Positions 42,191 to 52,100 of a DNA stretch of 64,000 nt are shown here, one piece after another. A model generated the notes under the pieces. The model searched no databases. It saw only the letters and a list, made by a program, of their open reading frames with translations, and was not told where the DNA came from. This DNA is from Macrostomum hystrix (taxonomy: Eukaryota; Animalia; Platyhelminthes), in NCBI GenBank assembly GCA_950097015.1, contig CATNEN010000038.1:19034001-19098000 (forward strand), given 5' to 3'. Numbering within the stretch: position 1 is the stretch's first letter; each line of letters opens with the position of its first letter. Position numbers and translations under genes: made by a program.

Positions 42191-43188
42191 AAGAAAACGA
42201 ATAGAATAATAAAAAATGAAATAAACAAGCTTGCGATAAAGGGGACCATTGTGCTGTGCATTACTTAACAGACTATATTTTTAGTTGAGATTTCAATTGT
42301 TTCACAATATTAAAAATGAAACGAAACCTGCGGTATTTTTTAAAGAGAACTGCGTCAATTATATGTGACGAAAACTGGAGTAAAAGAGTTAGCGGCGATA
42401 AAAAATATAATATAGATAGACAGCGCTTTTATATTTTGGATGATAAAAATAATTAGAAAAATACATCGACAAAAATAGTCCAGACTTAGGTAATTTTGAA
42501 AGAATGCAATCACTCGAGTATGATGGAATAGCTTCGACGTAGCAAAGAACGTTCCTATCGCTCATAGTACTCATAGTATATTAGAAGACAAAAATGCCAA
42601 ATCCATGCTATAAAAAACGATAATCGCAAATGCTGACTAACTCTAATAATTGAAGAGAAACCATGATGACAGTTGTTACAAAAAATCATATGCCTAGCTA
42701 GTTTTATATATTTTGGCCTAGCCAAGTACAAACGAGTGCTGACTAATTCACCGAAAAAATAAATACAAGTAGATATGAATTGACGTTTGACGTTTTAATT
42801 ATTAGAAATCTTGTTAAGCTTAATAAAATAATTTAATTGTAATTTTTTTACATTAGCTCGTATATTTTAAGCTAAATTTATTGATCAGAATCTTCTGAAT
42901 ATTTGGCCAATCCCTCGCTAAGACTTTTTTAAATCTCTTTTTAACCCCACGCAATGTTTTTCTTCATCCTCAGCAAATCCCTAGGCTTAGAACCTTCTTC
43001 ATAGTTACCAAGCGTAATAAAGCATAACTTGAAGTTACCAGAAAGCTTAAAAGCATTCGAACAAAATTAATCAACAAATAGAGGAGAAAATAGTTGCACA
43101 CAATAGGGTTCATGATTTCAGACATAAAAAAGAACTGTACTTTAGAAAAGTTGCTCGTCACACAGCACAAGCCAAAAGAGTCCTATAG

Positions 43189-46100
43189 TCAGTGAGTGAT
43201 CTCGGGCACAGGGTTTTCGTACAACGGATCGAAATGCAGCAGGAGGAAGACAGCCACACCTAGCAATGCCAGCACCAGACCGCAGGTTACCAAAGATGGA
43301 CGGAATCGACTTGGTGCAGCCGCCGGGCCAGCCTGTTGTTGCCTAGCAACATTCGGCGAAGCCGGATTGCCATAGTAACCGCCGCTGCCGCTGATGCCGC
43401 TATCTAGATCCTGATCGTGCAGCGGTCGTCGGCGATAGGTTTCGCGGAAAACCGACCCACCGGCCGGTGTGTTAGCAGCAGCAGCGGCAGCAGCTCCGGG
43501 ATGAATTGGCGTGGAATCGAATCGTCGGCCGCTAGACGGACTGGAAGAGGCTGCAGCAGCTGATGCGACCGCAGCAACCGGGGAGCCGAGCGAGGAGTCG
43601 TGGAAGCCAGGGCTGTCAGCGAGTAAGAAGGCTTTAACATGAGTAAACAGAAATATCTTTTCTAAGTAAAACTTTTCATACGCAATTTTATTATTATTGT
43701 ATTAACAACTTTCATGAAAGCAGGACAATACAAAAGAGTAGTCCTGTAGGATCAAAGAAACTGGACTGTTGGGATCAGAGAAATCCCAACTCTTTCTACT
43801 CTTTCCCCCAGTTCTTCAGGGAACCAAAGCTACTCTTTCCCCCAGTTCTTCAGGGAATCAAAGCTACTCTTTCCCCCAGTTCTTCAGGGAATCAAAGCTA
43901 CTCTTTCCCCCAGTTCTTCAGGGAACCAAAGCCACTCTTTCCCCCAGTTCTTCAGGGAATCAAAGCTACTCTATCCCCCAGTTCTTCAGGGAACCAAAGC
44001 TACTGTTTCCCCCAGTTCTTCAGGGAACCAAAAGCTACTCTTTCCCCCAGTTCTTCAGGGAACCAAAGCTACTGTTTCCCCAAGTTCTTCAGGGAACCAA
44101 AGCTACTCTTTCCCCAGTTCTTCAGGGAACCAAAGCTACTCTTTCCCCCAGTTCTTCAGGGAACCAAAGCTACTCTTTCCCCCAGTTCTTCAGGGAATCA
44201 AAGCTACTCTATCCCCCAGTTCTTCAGGGAATCAAAGCTACTCTTTCCCCCAGTTCTTCAGGGAACCAAAGCCACTCTTTCCCCCAGTTCTTCAGGGAAT
44301 CAAAGCTACTCTATCCCCCAGTTCTTCATGGAACCAAAGCTACTCTTTCCCCCAGTTCTTCAGGGAATCAAAGCTACTGTTTCCCCCAGTTCTTCAGGGA
44401 ACCAAAGCCACTCTTTCCCCCAGTTCTTCAGGAAACCAAAGCTACTCTTTCCCCCAGTTCTTCAGGAAACCAAAGCTACTCTTTCCCCCAGTTCTTCAGG
44501 GAATCAAAGCTACTCTTTCCCCCAGTTCTTCAGGGAATCAAAGCTACTGTTTCCCCCAGTTCTTCAGGAAACCAAAGCTACTGTTTCCCCCAGTTCTTCA
44601 GGAAACCAAAGCCACTCTTTCCCCCAGTTCTTCAGGGAACCAAAGCCACTCTTTCCCCCAGTTCTTCAGGAAACCAAAGCTACTCTTTCCCCCAGTTCTT
44701 CAGGAAACCAAAGCCACTCTTTCCCCCAGTTCTTCATGGAACCAAAGCTACTCTTTCCCCCAGTTCTTCAGGGAATCAAAGCTACTGTTTCCCCCAGTTC
44801 TTCAGGGAACCAAAGCCACTCTTTCCCCCAGTTCTTCAGGAAACCAAAGCTACTCTTTCCCCCAGTTCTTCAGGAAACCAAAGCCACTCTTTCCCCCAGT
44901 TCTTCAGGGAACCAAAGCCACTCTTTCCCCCAGTTCTTCAGGAAACCAAAGCTACTCTTTCCCCAGTTTTTCAGGGCATGAAGTATAGTTTAGCCAGTTC
45001 TCAGTGCACTTTACTCGATATCAGACAAATGCCTCATTACAATTCATATAAAAACCTGCTAAGTTCAATAGCAAGCTTGAAGTCATTCTCGTCATCTAGT
45101 TTGTCATCACTATCGAGTTATTTTTCTATCGCCATTAGAAATGTTTATAAAAATTCAGACGGACGAATAGAAAACGGTGTTTAATAATCATACCTAGTAG
45201 CGAGACGTTTGGACTGACCGTGATCACCATCGTCGCTCTCGCTGCAATTATAAAAAATGTTTGAATTTGAGTTTGAATAATAACGATATCAGACAAATGC
45301 CTCCTAAATTCATTCTTAGGGCCCGCTAGATTTATTAGCGAGTAAAGTCTTTTTTGTCATCATTAGCGAGATATTTGTCATATAAAAATTGTTCTACAGG
45401 GTTGTCAGCAAATTTTTAATATATAGAAAGCCCAAATTTCTTGCTTAAACAGCAAGATGACAGAAAACGACCGGAGCACAGTTGGGCCACCTGTACAGCC
45501 ATTGGCGCAGCTGCAGCTACACAACCGCGAATAACTGTCTACAGCTGTTCAGTCCATGGACAGGGGAAGCCGGCACACACATCTAAATTTCAACCTTAGC
45601 CAATGCTGGTATCCATTTTACAGCTGGCTGAACAGAAAGGCTGTAGGAAATGAGGAATGAATTGTATTGCTCAAGGGCACAAGTAGGCTGAGATTCGAAC
45701 TCACGATCTCTTGCTCAGTCAGAAGCTCTAACCACAAGGCCAGAAGCCTTTCTTGCAAACTCGAGTACATGAAAGCTTAACATTGTTAGATTCTAAGAAG
45801 CATTCAATCATCAAAATGAAATTTCCCTAACGTGAAATAGTTGCAAAATATATACAAAGATACTATTTCGCCATCAGACAAATGCCTCATTTCCATTCAT
45901 GCCCGACAAAAATATATCGCTTTGCAATAACTCTGTCAAGTTCATTCTCGTCATCTATTGTCATCATCAGCGAGATCTCATATAAAAATAATGAAAATAT
46001 CTTCAGATGAAAGCCAGAGTTAACATCCGCCAGCAGCTAAGCAAGCATTGATGTGCTGCAGCGGTGTGCTATAGCCAGCTTGAGCATTGCCATGCCCTTA

Positions 46101-49100
46101 ATCTAGCACCAGTATTAAACTTGACCAGACTCTATCACGAAGTTCTGCGAGAGTACTTCATTGGATGGGTCCTTTGGTCAAGGGATCAAATATGGTGCGA
46201 GAACTTATTGAAGTTTTTTGATTACCTAGATTCTAGGCCTTAGAAACATTTTCGTGACAGTTTAGGGCTGTCGATAAAAATGATTTTATACATATGGAAA
46301 GTAAGAGTATGAAATGTGAATGAGAGACGTGTTTTTTATTTAATTAGGAATGGATATAACTGATCTTCCTATAAGGTATTTTTTCACTTTTAGAGGACCT
46401 TGTTCTTCTTCTTCTTAATATACTAAAAATGAAAATTTATTGCTAAAACTATATTTGCATACAAAAAGTAAAGTTGAGGGGATCTATTCATGTGAATGCA
46501 CTGAAAACTCACTACTATCGTCTTCAAGAACAAGCCTCTCAGACAAATGCCTCATTAAAAGTCATTATAGTATAGACACTAATATTTGTGTCTAAATCAG
46601 ATCGTCATCTAAAATTGTCATCATATGGGCAAGCAGTGCAAAGACGATAGCAGCTGAAATTCTAGAAAATCATTACTTTAACTACCGTTTTAGAACAAGA
46701 AGTTTACACAATTTATTTTTTAGTAAAACTCTTCAACTGACAACCTGTGTTCATAACATCATTTACATATTTAAATAAAGAAAATTTTACTTTACTGCAA
46801 ATAAAACAATTTTTGTACATAACATAACTCGATGTCAGACAAATGCCTCGTTAAAATTCATGTTTTTGGCCTGCTAGAATTGTAGCGAACCCTGTCATTC
46901 TCGTCATCTATTGTCATCATTATCGAGTTAACAAAGTTACTAACAAAAAGCAATTTGTTTTTTGCCAATGTTTTTTTGGCAAAAAACAATTTGCCAACAA
47001 AAAGCGACTGAAAAAATACTCTGAATCACACGAGGGACCAAGTATCATCCAACTTCATAGGTAATTTTCCACTTTCTTGCACCCATGTATCTTCTTAAAT
47101 ATAGTAAACAATTGTACTTCAGTATATAATCTCGCAATCAGACAAATGCCTCGTTAAAATTCATGCCCAGGTTAGTTTTGTTTCACGAAAACTAAATCAA
47201 GGTCATTCTCGTCATCTATTTTGTCATCATCATCGAGATATCATAAGGAAGTGGAACTAATAAAGTTATAAATCTATAAGCCAGAGTTAACATCCGCCAG
47301 CAGCTAAGCAAGCATTGATGTGCTGCAGCGGTGTGCTATAGCCAGCTTGAGCATTGCCATGCCCTTAATCTAGCACCAGTATTAAACTTGACCAGACTCT
47401 ATCACGAAGTTCTGCGAGAGTACTTAATTGGATGGGTCCTTTGGTCAAGGGATCAAATATAGTGCGAAACACAATTTTTCACAGCCTATTCACAGTCATG
47501 GTGTACTATCAGCGGTGCCTCGAATATGCCGATATCTTCCAGTGACGTACGCCAAGTACGGCAAAGCTAACTTTATAATTTTCATGACCCGCATGACCCG
47601 AAACCAACCTGGTTATTTGTTCATTCTTTGTTACATTGTTTCATTTGTTACATAGGTTGATGACCTCTGTTCTCTTGTACATGCCAGATTTGCGCTGTAG
47701 GCAAAGACTATGAATCCTCGATTTCGACCACAGACAACGGAATGAAACAACTCCAATCGATTTCCCCGGAGAGTATGCTTAGAACACATTGAATTGAGGG
47801 AAATCAATTGGACTTAAGGGAATTCATTTTGACTTATCTATGGTCGAGAAGGCTGGTTGGGCCCTCGCTTTCGACTTCAGGTAAACTCCACTTGCACCAA
47901 AAAAGCTCGTATATTGGTCAGCTTATTTTTAGGGAATGGTCTTGTCTATGGTCAAACCGAAGTATCACTGGCCCATTATCTGTATAATGGTTGGTTATTC
48001 CTAAAGTCTCACTTACGAATAACCGCATTGTCGAATTTCAGTGGGGCCAAAGACAAAAAGGGCATCGAAAGGAGAGGGGGTTACCGAGGAGAGAGAGACA
48101 AAAAGACTGACGTGGTTTACTGGAGTTTGGGCCATAGACAACGAAGTTGCAAACAGGCCGGGGGTTAAGAGGGTGGAAAGGAAGGAGATGTGGAGAGAAA
48201 GAGAGAATAAAACGTAAATAGCTACAATCGCTTGACCACGGAGAACCGGACGTCATATCCGATCAACTGGGGCAATCTGCCTGTCGAAAGTTTAGCCAAC
48301 GTATCTAGCAGCGAACTCAATTGGATCCCAAGACTTTCCACATCTCAGAAGGACATGCAGGATAACGAAGACTTTTTGAACTTCTTGCACTTTATTGAGA
48401 GCGGTGATACTGCCGATGATTTGCCTCTGCTACCGGCCGAGGATGATGCTGCAGCTGAAGAGGATGGAGAGAATGAAACTGAGCCGAAACGAGTTCCTTT
48501 GGATATGCAAGAGGCAATGACGAAAGATGAAATAGTGAGCCTACCAACCAAGACGCGAGAGCAGATGATTGCTCATGGTAACGGTTTTGTGCAGTTCCTT
48601 CGCGAACATGGAGCTGCTGTTCAGGAATTGAGTCGTGTTGAGATGTGTGAGTTTCTTAGGTATTACTACTACCAATTGCGTCGCCATGATGGCGGTACAT
48701 ACTTGCCTGCAAGTCTTGTGTGCATCCGCGCCGGGATACAGCGCTTTCTGACTATGGTGGCTGGATTAACGATCAACATTATCGATGGTGAGGAATTCGT
48801 CCTAGCGAATAGAATGCTCCGAATGAAAATCAGGGAATGGCACAACTCCGGCGGTCAGGTTCGATCATATCCGCCAGTCGAGGAGGGTGATATGGAGAAG
48901 CTACGGACGTATTTCGACAGATCAAGTGCAGAGACCACTCAGGATGAGTTTCTATTTCGCGTTATGTACGGCCTAGGAGAACGAGGAAGGGAACATCTGG
49001 AGTCGATTGAATCCAAGAAGTGGTTGGTGAAGCGCGAAGACTCGGATGGAAGACCGTACTACGCATTGCCTGTACTGAATTCCAAAAACAAGTCTGCCGA

Positions 49101-52100
49101 TCCCAATCGAGCCAAGCGTGACATCGACGTAAAGCAGGCGAGAATCTACGATGTTGGAATTGTGGACGACTACATGGCTATATTACCAACGGAGACGAAG
49201 AACGACTCACTGTTTCCCAGGCCACTGAAGAATGCAGGAGGCACCAGACGATTTTGCTCGTAGTAGATACGAGGAATAAATTACCTGAGGACTTTCATGA
49301 AAGCGCTGAGCAAAAAGCGAAGCTTTCTAAGGAATACACCAATCACAGCATTCGGTGAGTCAGTTGGTCGGGGAAGTGCATATGATGTTTTCAACTTGTG
49401 TCTGATTGAGTCTAATTTACAGTTCAATTGCTCAATTGCTCTAGAGTTACCAGAGTGTGTGACCTGGAATCGGCTGGGCATTCGATGAACGATATTATGG
49501 CTATCATGGGTCAAAAGTCCGAGAGCACAGTCCGGCGCTTTCTGGCAGTTAAACGGGACAAGTCCCTGCAACAATGCAGCGATGCAGTGTCGCGTGCGCT
49601 GAACATAGGACAAAGCGCCGCGATCCACGGTCAAGTAACAATGCCTGCTGACATCAGCATCCAGAGCTCCATCGTGCAAGAAGCAGTGAGCGTGTCTGAT
49701 GGTCATCAGATGAACGGTCGGAGTATCTTTATTATGAACAACTGCACTTTCAACAATTGCAATATGTAATGGTCTTCGGCACTATATTGACAATTGCGCC
49801 ATATTGATACTGCACTATTAACTTTCCATAGCGCTCTTTTGTTGTTGGTGTTTGCTGTTTTGTTCTAAAAATAGGCATCCATTATCCCGAGTTAAAAATT
49901 GTTATCCTGAAGTTTAAGTGAAGAAATAAATTGAATGTGCTCAAGGTTTAACCATAGACGATTACATTATCCTACACTGATTATTGACAATGGGCTCGCT
50001 AGCAGGACCATTATATAGATAATGGGCTCGCTAGTATATTAGAACAGCTATATTATACCTTTTGTTCAACTGATTTCGCAAAAAGCCAATTGATTTCCCC
50101 ATTAGATGGTGATAGTATATTTGAAAGAACTAACGCATGAGATTTAGTCTTTGGTCATAATTACTTTCAGACAAATGCCTCATACAGATCAGCTTAGAAA
50201 AGACACTTCAATGTGTCTAAATCAGATCGTCATCTTAATTGTCATCATTTCAATTAATTATTGACGCAAAGACGCTAGCCGTTTTGTACAATATTATCAA
50301 CTTATGAGCTAAAAGCTGACTTTATATGAAGGTCAAAAAATTCAAATGGGCGAATAAAGATGTCGCTGAGTTTATGCACAAAATAACTCGACTTCAGACA
50401 AATGCCTCGATAAAATTCATTCCGACGCCAAGCCAGATGAACTAGCGAGCCAGGTCATTCTCGTCATCTATTTTGTCATCATTATCGAGATTCTATAACG
50501 GAGTACACTGATCGAATCTTTAGGTCTGTGCTCTAGTGCAATTTAGTTTCTTGAATCGCTAAATAATTATCAGTTCTCACAGTACTCAAAGGCGTTAAAC
50601 GAGGATGATATTGATTATTAATCATCATATAAGAGCATCTTTTCATTGATGAGAAAGTTATATGAAAGTCATGAAAATGCTATCGAAATCAGACAAGTAT
50701 GAATCTTGACAAACGTATAAAATGGTCTTGGTCTTTCTCGTCTCGTTTCTCGGCTTGAATATAGTCTTGTTTTTCATTAGCAGCCAGTCGTTGACTCGTA
50801 GTTAGTTGATAAAAACAAGTAATTATGAAAATAACATTAAACGATTATAAAATGTAACAGCTTAACAGTCAGACATATGCCTTATAAACATCATATTAGT
50901 ACAGACATGTTAATATCTGTATCAAATTCAGATTTTCATCTAGAAAATTGTCATCATTTGAGAAAGAGACATAATATGAATAATGTGGTCGGAATTATTT
51001 AACTAGAAACCTGTTTGTAGTTCTCATGATATGAAGATTAAACTAGCTTGCCTCGATTTCACACAAATGCCTCGTTAAATTTCATTCGTAACACCTGCTA
51101 GATTGTTAGCAAGAGCAGATCATTCTCGTTATCTATTTCGTATATCAACGGTATACGATATTCTATCCCGTATATCAACGGCGGCTTTTAATATAGTAAC
51201 TTAGGCGGTCACATTTTTCCCTTCTAAATTTGTAACAATGAAAGTGTTGTTTTAGAATTACAATCGTCTACTGTGATTTTAAAAGTAAGCGTTTTCGCCA
51301 TCAGACAAATGCCTCATTTCAATTCATGCCCGACAAAAATATATCGCTTTGCAATAACTCTGTCAAGTTCATTCTCGTCATCTATTGTCATCATCAGCGA
51401 GATCTCATATAAAAATAATGAAAATATCTTCAGATGAAAGCCAGAATTAACATCCGCCAGCAGCTAAGCAAGCATTGATGTGCTGCAGCGGTGTGCTATA
51501 GCCAGCTTGAGCATTGCCATGCCCTTAATTTAGCACCAGTATTAAACTTGACCAGACTCTATCACACAGTTCTATGAGAGTGCTTCATTGGATGGGTCAT
51601 TTGGCTGAGGGATCAAATCTGTTGTGAGATTATTTATTATAAAAGTTCTTTGATTACCTAAATTCTAGGCCTTAGAAACTATCTTATGACAGTTTAGGTC
51701 TTTCAATAAAAATGATTTCATGCTCATTGAAAGTAAAAGTATGAAATGTGAATGAGAGACGTGTTTTTTATTTAATTAGGAATGGATATAACTGATCTTC
51801 CTATAAGGTATTTTTTCACTTTTAGAGGACCTTGTTCTTCTTCTTTAATATACTAAAAATGAAAATTTATAGCTAAAACTATATTTGCATACAAAAAGTA
51901 AAGTTGAGGGGATTTATTCATGTGAATGCACTGAAAATTCACTACTATCGTCTTCAAGAACAAGCCTCTCAGACAAATGCCTCATTAAAAGTCATTATAG
52001 TATAGACACTAATATTTGTGTCTAAATCAGATCGTCATCTAAAATTGTCATCATATGGGCAAGCAGTGCAAAGACGATAGCAGCTGAAATTCTAGAAAAT

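Noticed and set aside
43404-43640. ORF-track 78-aa peptide
   Set aside because: Wrong frame; the spliced LEM exon 43612-43189 uses another frame that is open through a TM segment.
46006-46198. Assignment of the structured element to U17/snR30 or U19/snR191
   Set aside because: It lacks the U17 m1 (AUAUUCCUA) and m2 (AAACCAU) motifs and has no clear complementarity to helix 69; left unassigned.
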